Positions 1 to 16,318 of a stretch of 24,409 nt of DNA are shown one piece after another (within the stretch, counting starts at the first letter, position 1; the number at the start of each line of letters is the position of its first letter). This stretch comes from Gammaproteobacteria bacterium (GTDB taxonomy: Bacteria; Pseudomonadota; Gammaproteobacteria; Steroidobacterales; GCA-2729495). Below the pieces are notes generated by a model that was not told the DNA's origin, ran no database searches, and was given only the letters and a program-made list of their open reading frames with translations. A program made the position numbers and the translations under genes. The DNA lies in NCBI GenBank assembly GCA_023383735.1, contig JAHDYN010000001.1, forward strand, positions 1-24,409, written 5' to 3'.

Positions 1-1012
1 AGATCCTTGTGCGCGGATCGCGCGAGGCAAAGAGGTCCGAGCGGGCGATGGCATTGCCCACGGCCACCGCATCGGTCAGGATTTTCTTCATCCGCGCGTC
101 AGGCGCGAAAGCTTTGCCCTTCTGGATGCCGATCGCCGCATACAGGCCGACGGTGTCCGCATCTACCCAATCCGCCGGTTCGTGCTGTACCACTGCATTG
201 AGTTCTTCATAAAAGCTGAAGTCATTCGCGCTGATGGTATTGAATTTGACGCCCGAGACGTTGACGAAGGTGGTTGCGGGTGGATTGGCCACCCTGGAGA
301 GGGGGAAGACTGCTGCCTTGGCCTTGACGCCCGCCACAGCTGCCGCGATGTCACCTTTTTCCACGAAGGCGCGATAGAAGACGAAGAGGCGGTTGGTGCG
401 TGGCTTTGCGACGAAATAGCCCTCTGTCGGTACCGTGCCCTTGTAGCCGGGAGGCACGAACAGGTAATCCCCGCCAGCTCCCTTGTCCGGACCGGTGAGG
501 CCTACGTCGGTGACCCAGCGGAAATCGGCGTCATCCACCGGACCGAGAACCCTCGGCGGCACCCGCACTACTACCGGTCCATCGCTCAGGTCCACTGACA
601 GCATGGCGTAGACGGTGGTGGTGTTGGCTGTCAGAAAGAGCGAGCGGGCATCGAGCAGATCTTCGGCGATGCCAATGCCCTGGTTGGGCTTGATGCCTGC
701 TGCCTCGACTCCGCGACTCAGCGCATAGATCGAGGTGGCCGACATGCCCTTGAGGAATGCGTCCGTGCCCCGGTTGAAATCCAACTGGTCGTAGGCCAGT
801 TATACGGTTGCGGCATCCGGCGTTCCGTCCTGGTAGCGCAGCGTGCCGATCCGGGTTTCGACCGTGTCGGGGGTCGTAATCCTGGTCGGCAAGTCAGGCG
901 AAAACTTCGGTGAAGCGCCTGGTGTCTGGGCATTGGCGGAAATTGCCACCCATGTGGTGAACAACGCACCGGCAAGAAATCTGCAGCTGTTTCGAGTGTT
1001 CGTTGCACTCAT
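1..1012 (-). pseudogene. DUF1254/DUF1214-family secreted protein, interrupted by an in-frame TAA at 800-802; 3' part runs off the window
   Basis: ATG at 1012 overlaps the upstream stop (ATGA). Signal peptide, then ...ITTPDTVETRIGTLRYQDGTPDAATV*LAYDQLDFNRGTDAFLKG... Hand translation continues in the same frame through LFLTANTTTVY and GPDKGAGGDYLFVPPGYKG, which are typical DUF1254 motifs. Confidence 0.8.
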
Positions 1013-2484
1013 GGCTGTCCCCCGGCCAAGACAACGCCCGGTGGCTTCCAGCTGCCCTTCCCGATGGGGAGGATGGACGGGGCTTCGGTCTTGGGCCAAT
1101 ACAGGCGCATCACCAGGTAGATCGGGCCATCAGGGGCCGGCAGCCAATTGGCTTCCCTGCTCTTGCCTGGCGAATCCTTCTGGATGTAGAGCGTCAACGA
1201 TCCATCGACATTCTTCTTCATGCCAGGCAGCATCGGCGAGTTGACCAGGTAGCGGTCGATCGGGTTCTTGATCAGCAACTGCGTTTTCGCGTCATACATG
1301 GTGATGGACCAGAAGGCGTTGACGGGCGGGAGTTGGCCTGCCGGGAAGGTCAGTTCGTAATCGTGTTTGCTGCCGTCGAGGACTTCGCCATTCGCCAGCC
1401 ATTTGGTCATCGGGTAAGAAGCTTCCTCGGCATCGTTTCCGTATATGCCAGCCTTGGCGCCCGCAGCGCGCAACAGCCAATCGCCGTTGTAGAAGGCGCG
1501 GTCACCAAACCAGGAAGCAACCCGCCAGCCATTGAGGTCCGTGCCGGCCGCCGCCATTTTTTCCTCAACCTTCTTCTCACCAGCTTTCATGCCCGCGATG
1601 ACGGCATCTTTTTGTTCGGGGCTGAGGCTCTTGAAGTCACGCGTTTTGCCGGCGCCGATGCCAATGCGCGCAAGCTGAGCGCGAATGCCTGCTTCTTCTG
1701 GTCCAGGGGGTGCGAACTGGAGAGCGAAATCGAGGTAGCTGAAAAAGTCCTGCTTCACCAGTTCCTCGTTGATCTTGGGGAAATCAATGGCGGGTGCAGC
1801 AGGCGGGGCGGTTTGGCCAAGGAAAGCCGATAGTGGTTGCACCTTGTAACCCGCCTGAATTGCTTCAACGTTCGGCATGTCTGCCGGGTTGAACAGTTGG
1901 GTGCGGAAGCAGATCAGCGAGAACTGCGTTGTCGAATAGAACACTTTCTCGATGCCAGCGGGCTTTTCACCTTTCCAGTCCGGGCCGACCACGAGGTAGT
2001 TGCCGGCATCATTGCCGGTGGTGCGACTGCCCATGTAGCCGTAGTTGAAGGTATTTCCATCGGTGAGCATCACCGAGTAGTAGCGGGCTTTCTCAATGGC
2101 CGGAACCGAGATCACAATCGGTTCGGCACGCAGATCCAGATAGCCGAGCGAATAAGGTGTGTCGCTGTTGGGCGTGACGACAGAGGTATCCTTGTAGGTG
2201 AACGTGCGATGTTCGTTGTAGAAGGCGTTGAAAGGCGCTTTCCACTGACCGGAGTCCTTGTCCACGGCCCATTCATACATCACGGAATATGCCATCACGA
2301 TCGGCAGGCCATAGATATAACCCTCCTCGGCGATGGTCCGGGTTTCCTCGATGCCGGGTGCAGAGACGTCGGCCTGGGCCGCAGCACTCGCGGGGTCACC
2401 CTTCTTCGCGCAGCCTGCAAGCAACACGAGGGCAATGGCAGTTGCCGTCGCCAGTTTTCCAATGACTCTGAATGCTTTCATCAT
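1009..2484 (-). CDS. DUF1254/DUF1214 domain lipoprotein
   Basis: 491-aa ORF. Lipobox LLAGC; motifs TPNSDTPYS, DLRAEP, RYYSVML, FWSITMY, RYLVNS, NWLPAP. GGAG ribosome-binding site upstream. Confidence 0.88.
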   Translation of the reverse strand: MMKAFRVIGKLATATAIALVLLAGCAKKGDPASAAAQADVSAPGIEETRTIAEEGYIYGLPIVMAYSVMYEWAVDKDSGQWKAPFNAFYNEHRTFTYKDTSVVTPNSDTPYSLGYLDLRAEPIVISVPAIEKARYYSVMLTDGNTFNYGYMGSRTTGNDAGNYLVVGPDWKGEKPAGIEKVFYSTTQFSLICFRTQLFNPADMPNVEAIQAGYKVQPLSAFLGQTAPPAAPAIDFPKINEELVKQDFFSYLDFALQFAPPGPEEAGIRAQLARIGIGAGKTRDFKSLSPEQKDAVIAGMKAGEKKVEEKMAAAGTDLNGWRVASWFGDRAFYNGDWLLRAAGAKAGIYGNDAEEASYPMTKWLANGEVLDGSKHDYELTFPAGQLPPVNAFWSITMYDAKTQLLIKNPIDRYLVNSPMLPGMKKNVDGSLTLYIQKDSPGKSREANWLPAPDGPIYLVMRLYWPKTEAPSILPIGKGSWKPPGVVLAGGQP

Positions 2485-2502
2485 CGACTCCTGTGTGTCT
2501 TC

Positions 2503-3906
2503 TTATTTCACTGTTTCCAGCGCAGGCTGCTTCCAGCTGCCATCCAGGGCGGCTTCTGCCGGCCAGTACAGGCGCATGTACATGGCGAACGGTCCCTTTG
2601 GTGCGGGCAGCCAGTTGGACTCCTTGTCCTTGCCAGGGGATTCGTTCTGGATATATAGAGTGAGCCCGCCATCCGCATCCTTCTTCAGGTCCGGCAGCAT
2701 CGGCGAGTTGATCAGGTAGCGATTGATCGGGTTGGCGACCAGCAGGCTCTCCGGCAGCTTGTACATGGTCAGCGACCAGAACGCATTCACCGGCGGGTAC
2801 TCGCCTTTGTTGAAGTGCAGGGTGTAGCGGTTGGTACCGGTTAGCGGCTTGTCTTCCGCGTCGATACGATAGACGGGATACATTGCTTCCTGCCTGGAGT
2901 TACCGTAGATGCCGAGTGCGGCGCCGCCCATGCGGTAGAGATAGTTGTTCTTCAGAAATGCCCGCGAGCCGAAGACATCGCCGGAAGTCACCTTTCCTGC
3001 GTCAATTTGTTTGACCAATCCACCAAATTCAGCCCAGGCGTCGGCCATGCCGCCTTCGATGGCCTTCTTGATTTCAGGGGAGAGTTTGCTGGCGTCGAAC
3101 GACCTGCCTGCGCCCACGCCGATCCTGGCGAGCCGCGTCATGAGGTTCACCTCGGAAGGATCTGTCGGGCAGTACCGCAGCACGAAGTTCAGGATATTGA
3201 AGAACTCCAAAGAGCTCTTTTCAGCCTCGGGGGTGAGCGGCTTGATGAAATCGATGGTGGCTGCCTTGGGTGCAGGCGTGCCGAGGAAGGCAGACAGCGT
3301 CTGTGCCTTGTAGCCCGCCTGCACCTTCTTGACGTTGTCGAGGTCGCCGAGATCGAACAATTGTGTGCGGAAGGCGGCGAAGACAAACTGCGTCTCGGCG
3401 CGGATCACTTTCTTGATGCCCTTGGGGGTCTTGCCTTTCCACTCCGGCCCGGCGATCAGGAAGCTGCCGGCGTCGTTGCCCGTGGCACGGCTACCGATGT
3501 AGGCGAAATTGAAGGTATAGGCATCGATGAGCTGGATACTGTAGTAGCGCCTTTTCTCGATCTCCGGGACGGTAATGACGATCGGCTCGGCGCGCAGGTC
3601 CATGCCCAGCCAGGAATAGGGCGTGTCCGAGTTGGGCGTCTGGATCGCGGTATCTGCCGGTGTGTACACGCGCGGGATGTTGACGAGATGGTTCCAGGGC
3701 GCTTTGAACTCGGCGCTCTTGTCGTCCACGAAGTAGTCGTACTGGATACGGTAGTTGTCCACAAGCGGGAAACCATAGACATAGGCTTCCTTGGCGATGG
3801 CGCGCGCTTCTGCGGGCGTTACCGACTGTGCATGGGCGGGCAGAGTGGTTGCAAGGAACGCCAGAGCGGCGACTGCGCATCCCGTCAGCGTGTGCTTGAC
3901 TGTCAT
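2503..3906 (-). CDS. DUF1254/DUF1214 domain secreted protein
   Basis: 467-aa ORF. Sec signal (PAHA|Q); motifs TPNSDTPYS, DLRAEP, FWSLTMY, RYLINS, NWLPAP. Clear paralog of 1009-2484. Confidence 0.88.
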   Translation of the reverse strand: MTVKHTLTGCAVAALAFLATTLPAHAQSVTPAEARAIAKEAYVYGFPLVDNYRIQYDYFVDDKSAEFKAPWNHLVNIPRVYTPADTAIQTPNSDTPYSWLGMDLRAEPIVITVPEIEKRRYYSIQLIDAYTFNFAYIGSRATGNDAGSFLIAGPEWKGKTPKGIKKVIRAETQFVFAAFRTQLFDLGDLDNVKKVQAGYKAQTLSAFLGTPAPKAATIDFIKPLTPEAEKSSLEFFNILNFVLRYCPTDPSEVNLMTRLARIGVGAGRSFDASKLSPEIKKAIEGGMADAWAEFGGLVKQIDAGKVTSGDVFGSRAFLKNNYLYRMGGAALGIYGNSRQEAMYPVYRIDAEDKPLTGTNRYTLHFNKGEYPPVNAFWSLTMYKLPESLLVANPINRYLINSPMLPDLKKDADGGLTLYIQNESPGKDKESNWLPAPKGPFAMYMRLYWPAEAALDGSWKQPALETVK

Positions 3907-3977
3907 GATTGGCGCCTTTTTTGGGATTATATGATTGGGGTGGGGTGTGTATCCAGTCTAAACCTGTCGTTCGTCAG

Positions 3978-5594
3978 CTATGAATTCTTTCTCATCCGTA
4001 TGGCCATCGGGTCCAGCCTGGAGAGGTATTCCTCATACCCGCCGTGGAAGTCGACGATCTTGTCGGTCTTCATCTCGATCACCCTGGTCGCAAGTGACGC
4101 GACGAATTCCCGGTCGTGGCTGACGAATATCAGCGTGCCGGCATAATTTTCCAGCGCCAGGTTCAGGGCCTCGATGGATTCCATGTCCAGGTGATTGGTG
4201 GGCTCGTCCATGAGCAATACGTTCGGCTTCAGGAGCATCATCTTGCCGAACAGCAGGCGGCCTTCCTCGCCACCCGAGATCACCTTCACTGATTTCCGGC
4301 TCTCGTCCTTCGAGAACAGCATGCGGCCGAGCGTTGCGCGCAGCGCCTGCTCGTCGTCAGTCTTCTGCTGCCATTGGCTGATCCACTCGAACAGTGTCAG
4401 GTCGTTGGCGAAATCGTCGCCCCGGTCCTGGGGGACGTAGCCGATCGTCACGTTCTCCGACCACTTGACCGTACCCTGATCCGGCTCCAGTTCCTGCGCA
4501 AGGCACTTCAGCAGCGTGGTCTTGCCCACGCCATTCGCACCGATGATGGCGATCCGTTCGCCCACCTCGACCTTCAGGTTCAGTCCCTTGAACAGTGGCT
4601 CTGCCTCGTAGCCCTTGCTCAGCCCCTCGACCTCCAGCGCCAGGCGGTAAAGCTTTCGCGACTGGTCGAAGCGGATGAACGGGCTCACCCGGCTCGAGGG
4701 CTTCACGTCGGCCAGTTCGATCTTCTCCATCTGCCGCGCACGGGACGTGGCTTGCCGGGCCTTCGACGCATTGGCCGAGAAGCGGCTGACGAAGGTCTGC
4801 AGTTCGGCGATCTGCGCCTTCTTCTTCGCGTTGTCCGCCAGCAGCTGTTCGCGGGCCGCGGTGGATGCCGTCATGTACTGGTCGTAGTTGCCCGGATAGA
4901 TGCGCAGCTCGCCGTAGTCGAGGTCGGCCATGTGCGTGCAGACGCTGTTCAGGAAGTGCCGGTCGTGGGAGATGATCACCATCGTGCAGTCGCGGGAGTT
5001 GAGCAGTTCCTCGACCCAGCGGATGGAGTTGATGTCCAGGTTGTTGGTGGGCTCGTCGAGGAGCAGCACGTCCGGATTGCCGAACAGCGCCTGTGCCAGC
5101 AGCACGCGCAGTTTCCAGCCGGGCGCCACCTCGCTCATCAGGCCGGTTTCCAGTTCTGCCGGAATGCCCACGCCGCGCAGCAGCTCGCTGGCACGGGACT
5201 CGGCCGTGTAGCCGTCGAGTTCGGCGAACAGGGTTTCAAGTTCGCCGACCCGCATCCCGTCTTCCTCGCTCATCTCGGGCAGGGCATAGATGCGATCCCG
5301 CTCCTGCTTGATGGCCCAGAGTTCGGCATGCCCCATGAACACCGTATCGAGTACCGGATATTCCTCGAAGGCGAACTGGTCCTGGCGCAGCTTGCCGAGG
5401 CGCGCGCCGGTATCCAGGTCCACGTTGCCTGCGGTGGGGGCCAGGTCGCCGCCCAGGATCTTCATGAAGGTGGACTTGCCGCAGCCGTTGGCCCCGATCA
5501 GCCCGTAGCGGTTGCCGCCGCCGAACTTGGCAGAGACGTTCTCGAACAGCGGCTTGGCGCCGAATTGCATGGTGATGTTGGCGGTCGTGATCAA
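3978..5594 (-). CDS. ybiT: ABC-F family ATPase, YbiT-like
   Basis: Two ABC domains (GANGCGKS ... [11 protein letters not shown]; GANGVGKT ... SGGE ... [10 protein letters not shown]) and no membrane segments. N-terminus [28 protein letters not shown] closely resembles YbiT as I recall it. TTG start with AGGA upstream. Confidence 0.9.
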   Translation of the reverse strand: MITTANITMQFGAKPLFENVSAKFGGGNRYGLIGANGCGKSTFMKILGGDLAPTAGNVDLDTGARLGKLRQDQFAFEEYPVLDTVFMGHAELWAIKQERDRIYALPEMSEEDGMRVGELETLFAELDGYTAESRASELLRGVGIPAELETGLMSEVAPGWKLRVLLAQALFGNPDVLLLDEPTNNLDINSIRWVEELLNSRDCTMVIISHDRHFLNSVCTHMADLDYGELRIYPGNYDQYMTASTAAREQLLADNAKKKAQIAELQTFVSRFSANASKARQATSRARQMEKIELADVKPSSRVSPFIRFDQSRKLYRLALEVEGLSKGYEAEPLFKGLNLKVEVGERIAIIGANGVGKTTLLKCLAQELEPDQGTVKWSENVTIGYVPQDRGDDFANDLTLFEWISQWQQKTDDEQALRATLGRMLFSKDESRKSVKVISGGEEGRLLFGKMMLLKPNVLLMDEPTNHLDMESIEALNLALENYAGTLIFVSHDREFVASLATRVIEMKTDKIVDFHGGYEEYLSRLDPMAIRMRKNS

Positions 5595-5707
5595 GGCGAA
5601 ATCCTGTCGGGGGGCTGAAGCGGAGGGGGGCGAATGCTACACGCCACCCCGGGGAATAGCACATGGAGCCCGTGCACAAGCCGGATATGACACGCGGAAG
5701 CGAGTCG

Positions 5708-7810
5708 CTAGTTGTCGATTTCGATGGCTCCGATGTCGGCACGCTGGTCTGCCGGCCGGCGATTGCCTGACTGATCCCGGTTCAGGGGACTGACGCCGAG
5801 AGTCCTCCCGGTGAGCCGTACCGTGATGCCATTGAAATAGCTGATGCCCTGGCCAAAGAGCGATGTCCAGACATCGTCGTTGACAAGCGCCGGTCCCAGG
5901 TTGCCGATCTGATCCACGCTGACTCCGGCTATTTCGTTGGCAAGCGCCGCGTCGAGATGATGCCAGAACCAGATATAGGCGTGGTTGTATTCAAACTGCG
6001 GCCATGTGCGTGCAGGGCCGCACCAGTAAGCCTGCTCCAGGGTGTTTATGGTGACGTTGTTGCAATTGGCATATTGCTGGGCGCCCTGGGTATCCGGGTC
6101 AACATCGGCCAGAAACTGCTCAAAGTGATTCCGGAACTGACTCGCGAAACCGGTTTGACCGTAGACGGTCTCGATGCGATCCAGTATCAACGGCAGGAGC
6201 AGGGGGTTTCTGCCTCCATTGGATGTTCCGACCAGTTCACCGAGAACCTCGTTCACGTTGTAGCCATTGGCGGGTACCCGGTCCAGCGCGCTGCCCAGCG
6301 GCTCATAGGCAAGTACCGCAAATGGATCGGCTTCAACACCGGCGGAACGGATCTCCGTGGACAGCGTCACGCTGCCGAGCACGTCGTCCGGAACCAGGCC
6401 GTCCTCGTCATCCACTTTCGGATAGTGCTTGCGGGACAATGACGCCCAGCCGGGTTCGCCAACCGGCACCAGTATCTGACTGAAATCGATCACACCGATC
6501 CGGTTGTATCCCATGCTGCGGAACTCGAACACGGATCCGGTGAATACATCGTGCGGATATGCGTTGCCGATCACATAGGCGCCTGGTCCGATGCCGGTGA
6601 TCTCGTGAACGGTGTTCCCCACGACAATGGAATGCCCGATGATCATGTCTTCGACTGCGTGCGCATTGCCGATGGTCGCGGCAATGCCGCCTGCCATGTT
6701 GGGTTTTGCCAGCTCGGTGGTTCGCGGTTTTCCGGATACCTGGTTCTCGACTACGGTACTGCCTTGAACCTGCATGAATCCGTTGGACATGTACAGCCCG
6801 CCACCTCGCCAGTATCCGATGTCGAGCAGACCGAACAGGAAGGCCGGGAGCAGCGGCGGTCCGACCAGGTTTCTCGCGATGGTGCTGTTTTCGACATGCA
6901 GTCGTGTCGACTGTCCGATGCCACCACCGTCCGAGTACACGCCGCCGCCGTAGGCAAAGAGCCCGGTGATCCGGTTTTCCGTGATCACGGACTGGCTGAT
7001 TGAAGAGCGATCAACGCCCGTGTCGCGTCCGCCGACCGAGAAGATGCCGCCGCCGGCTGCACCTCCGCCGTAAACGGTATTGCCGCTGACAATGCAGTTG
7101 TTCATCACGACAGTGTCGGCATAGACACCACCGCCGTAAGCGCCGCCGTCACGGGAGGTGTCAGTATCGTCACCAACCGCATGATTGTCGTGGATCCTGC
7201 AGTCAGTCAGGGTCGCAACGCCCCAGACGGCAAGCCCCGCGCCCCTTGCCAGCGTGGAGGTCTGGTCGTCGTCCGGATGCTGGCCCACATCCGCTGCCGC
7301 CGAAAAAACGCTGTTGCCACCCGTGATCGAGACGTTTGTCAGGGCAAGATCGCCGGATACGGCCAGAACTCTTGCGGAGTCGCCACCGCTCCAGCGCAGC
7401 GTGATGCCGTCAGGCAGCGCCGATGCATCGATGACGACGTCCTTGTCGGCAAAGAGCGCTGACCTGCCGTAGTCCCGGGGGAAATAGCCCACGAGGTAGG
7501 AGATGTTGTTGGCGTTGTCAAAGCCCATCACCTCGCCGACGAGTGCGGTGTGATCCTCGCCCACGAAGATCAGATCGATCGTGCTGCCGTTCAGGCTCTG
7601 CTCAAAAGTTATGCGTTGACCCGATTCGGCCTGCGCGAGGGCTGACCGGAGCGTCATGGTCCCGGCCGGCGGTGATGCATCATCGATCAGGCTGTTGACG
7701 ACGATCGCAGGCTGCGCAGAACTGCCTCCGCCACCACCGCCGCAACCCGACAGCACTGCCAGCGCCGCGAGACACAGGAGTGCCATGCCGCCAGACCGTT
7801 GACTTCTCAT
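5708..7810 (-). CDS. Large lipoprotein with predicted right-handed beta-helix repeats and a choice-of-anchor-Q-like C-terminus
   Basis: Lipobox LSGC plus poly-Gly linker; CSLREA-like VNSLIDD..TLRSAL; repeated GGGVY/GGGIF/GGGLY and xxNxV motifs; C-terminal DQSGNRRP...DIGAIE. Start placed at ATG 7810 because GGAGG lies 5 nt upstream. Confidence 0.7.
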   Translation of the reverse strand: MRSQRSGGMALLCLAALAVLSGCGGGGGGSSAQPAIVVNSLIDDASPPAGTMTLRSALAQAESGQRITFEQSLNGSTIDLIFVGEDHTALVGEVMGFDNANNISYLVGYFPRDYGRSALFADKDVVIDASALPDGITLRWSGGDSARVLAVSGDLALTNVSITGGNSVFSAAADVGQHPDDDQTSTLARGAGLAVWGVATLTDCRIHDNHAVGDDTDTSRDGGAYGGGVYADTVVMNNCIVSGNTVYGGGAAGGGIFSVGGRDTGVDRSSISQSVITENRITGLFAYGGGVYSDGGGIGQSTRLHVENSTIARNLVGPPLLPAFLFGLLDIGYWRGGGLYMSNGFMQVQGSTVVENQVSGKPRTTELAKPNMAGGIAATIGNAHAVEDMIIGHSIVVGNTVHEITGIGPGAYVIGNAYPHDVFTGSVFEFRSMGYNRIGVIDFSQILVPVGEPGWASLSRKHYPKVDDEDGLVPDDVLGSVTLSTEIRSAGVEADPFAVLAYEPLGSALDRVPANGYNVNEVLGELVGTSNGGRNPLLLPLILDRIETVYGQTGFASQFRNHFEQFLADVDPDTQGAQQYANCNNVTINTLEQAYWCGPARTWPQFEYNHAYIWFWHHLDAALANEIAGVSVDQIGNLGPALVNDDVWTSLFGQGISYFNGITVRLTGRTLGVSPLNRDQSGNRRPADQRADIGAIEIDN

Positions 7811-7992
7811 CCTTGCCTCCACATCGTCGTTTCACTCTCGTACCGGAAGCGCCTTGCGCGTGCCGCCGCACGTGGCTGTCGCCTGTCCACCATGCAGCCC
7901 GCAAGGCATGCGGCAGGGATCATTCTACGGTACCGCCCGGCCGACTCATGGCGAACAGCGATCGCCGGGCAGCCGGTAGTTTCCGGCGCTGT

Positions 7993-8030
7993 GTCAACCT
8001 CGGGTCAACTTCAGGTCAATGGCGGTTCAT
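7993..8030. promoter_or_regulatory. Phased 11-bp direct repeats (GTCAA x3 plus one degenerate copy), probable OmpR/PhoB-family binding array
   Basis: GTCAA at 7993, 8004 and 8015, and TTCAT at 8026, in the intergenic region between divergent genes. Confidence 0.5.
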
Positions 8031-8128
8031 CAGGTGCCGCAGCCGCCTCTTGTTCTGGACATCCCGGCTCCGATTCACGTAGCCTCGACATTCCTGACTA
8101 CATGGTCTTGTGGCGATAACTCCCGGCA

Positions 8129-8500
8129 ATGATGGGTTCCCGAACCAGGCTGCTTGTATTTGCGCTCTTCTGTAGCGCGCTGCTCCTGCCGCGGCTCGGT
8201 GGTCCGCACCTGCACCTGTGTCTGGATGGTGAGGCGCCAGCCGTCTATCTGCATGTCGCGGATGACGTTGGCAGCAGCCAGCTGCCGGACGCAGACCACG
8301 ATGACCCGTCCATCAACATGCCGAGCCCCGTGATCGGCAAGCTGTCCTCGCAGGGATCAGGTGCCCTGCTGGTGTCCGCTGTTCTGCTGATGTTTGTTGC
8401 CCTGCGACAGACGCTGCTGCTGTTGCCGCTCATGCCCGGTGCCGCGGTGCCAACGGCACCACCTTTTCTCCGGCCGCAGTTGCGGGGGCCGCCGGCCTGA
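8129..8500 (+). CDS. Small DUF2946/CzcI-like putative metal-binding membrane protein
   Basis: 123 aa. Hydrophobic N-terminus, HLHLC...HV..DHDD cluster, second hydrophobic segment, C-terminal RPQLRGPPA (DUF2946-like RxPP ending). Sits directly upstream of czcC. Confidence 0.6.
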   Translation: MMGSRTRLLVFALFCSALLLPRLGGPHLHLCLDGEAPAVYLHVADDVGSSQLPDADHDDPSINMPSPVIGKLSSQGSGALLVSAVLLMFVALRQTLLLLPLMPGAAVPTAPPFLRPQLRGPPA

Positions 8501-8564
8501 TTCCCTGACGTTCTGTCGACACTCGTGCCGCATGCGACCGCGGCTTTCGGACCGGGAGATCCCG

Positions 8565-9869
8565 ATGCTTCTTTTCCCTACACGCGCAACCGGCGCGTTC
8601 CTGCTCATTACCGGCCTGGCGCTGCAGGGCGCGGCGCAAGCGCAGACAGCCGCTGCGGAACCCGCCAGCCTGACCCTGGGTCAGGCGGTGGAGCGTGCAC
8701 TGGCCGGCAATCCGGCCTTGCAGGGCTTTGCCTATACCCTGCAGGCGCAGGATGCCCGCATTGCCGCTGCCGGCCAGCGGCCGGCCACCGAGGCCTCTTT
8801 CGAGCTGGAGAACTTTCTCGGCAGCGGTGACTACGATGGTCTGGATGCGGCCGAAGCCACCTTTGCCCTCTCGCAGGTGGTCGAGCTGGGCGACAAACGC
8901 CGGCTGCGTACCGCGGCTGCCGAGGCGGGGCGGGATCTCCTGTCCATCGAGCGCCAGGCAGCGCAGCTGGATGTGCTTGCCGAGGTGGCGCGGCGCTTCA
9001 TCCATGTCGCAGCCCTGCAGGAGCAGCTGGAGCTGACGATCAGCGCCACGGCGCTGGCAGGCAGTATCGTCGCCGACGTCGAGCGTCGCGTGCAGGCGGC
9101 GCGCTCGCCGGAAGCTGAACTCCTGCGTGCACAGGCCGCGCTGGCCACGGCGGAGATCGATGAGCGGCACGCAAGGCGGCAGCTGGCTGTGGGTCGGCGA
9201 CAGCTGGCCGCGACCTGGGGCGCAGAGGAGGATGCCTTCGGGCCGATCAAGGCCGATCTCTACCGCTTCCCGGCCGACACCGATTTCCCGGCACTCGTTG
9301 AGCGGCTGGACGCCAATCCTGATTTTCTGCGCTTTGCCTCCGAGGCGCGGCTGCGCGATGCGGAGCTGCGCCTTGCGAGCAGCCTGAGCCGGCCGGACCT
9401 GTCGTTCTCGGCGGGCGTGCGGCGCATTGAAGGGCCGGACGACCAGGCGCTGGTCTTCGGTGTTTCCGTGCCGCTCTTCTCCGGTCAGCGCGCGGCACCG
9501 GCCCGTGCCGAGGCAAGCGCGCTGCGCGAGCTGGTGAGCGCTGACCGGCAGACCGCCACGATCAGGGCGCGCAATCAGCTCTTTCAACTGCACCAGGAGT
9601 TGCAGCAGGCTGTCGCGGAAACCCGCACGCTCCAGACCGAGGTCATGCCGCGTCTCGATCAGGCGCTGAAACAGACCCGCTATGCCTACGAGCGTGGACG
9701 CTACAGCTACCTGGAACTCGTGGATGCGCAGCAGGCCTGGCGCGCGGCGCACTACACGCTGATCGACGCGGCCGAGCGTGGCCAGACCCTGCAGGTGGAA
9801 ATAGAACGGCTGACCGGTGAGTCCCTCGAAACGGCGACGGGACTGCCCGGCGGGAGCGAGAGCCGGTGA
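8565..9869 (+). CDS. czcC: TolC-family outer membrane factor of a heavy-metal RND system
   Basis: Signal peptide, LTLGQAVERALAGNP, YERGRYSYLELVDAQ. ATG 8565 follows GGAG and is in frame with the tracked 8394-9869 ORF. Confidence 0.85.
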   Translation: MLLFPTRATGAFLLITGLALQGAAQAQTAAAEPASLTLGQAVERALAGNPALQGFAYTLQAQDARIAAAGQRPATEASFELENFLGSGDYDGLDAAEATFALSQVVELGDKRRLRTAAAEAGRDLLSIERQAAQLDVLAEVARRFIHVAALQEQLELTISATALAGSIVADVERRVQAARSPEAELLRAQAALATAEIDERHARRQLAVGRRQLAATWGAEEDAFGPIKADLYRFPADTDFPALVERLDANPDFLRFASEARLRDAELRLASSLSRPDLSFSAGVRRIEGPDDQALVFGVSVPLFSGQRAAPARAEASALRELVSADRQTATIRARNQLFQLHQELQQAVAETRTLQTEVMPRLDQALKQTRYAYERGRYSYLELVDAQQAWRAAHYTLIDAAERGQTLQVEIERLTGESLETATGLPGGSESR

Positions 9870-9895
9870 GCAGCATGAGAATCAGAGGACAAGAC

Positions 9896-14292
<4,397 letters not shown>

Positions 14293-14299
14293 TTCCGCG

Positions 14300-16265
<1,966 letters not shown>

Positions 16266-16318
16266 GATCGGCGCGAACCGTAGCACGCAGGCTCTGGCCG
16301 GGAACAGGTTCCGGTGTG

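Noticed and set aside
1215-2731. Similar ~50-bp DNA segments at about 1215-1265 and 2683-2731
   Set aside because: Explained by the conserved RYL(V/I)NSPMLP motif of the paralogous DUF1214 domains, not by a repeat element or recombination cassette.
3978-5594. ABC-F protein as an antibiotic-resistance (ARE) factor
   Set aside because: The sequence matches housekeeping YbiT, not the Vga/Msr/Lsa/OptrA types.
8394-8564. Cys-rich N-terminal extension (CCCC) of the tracked czcC ORF
   Set aside because: It overlaps the upstream gene in another frame. The real start is more likely ATG 8565 with its own ribosome-binding site and signal peptide.
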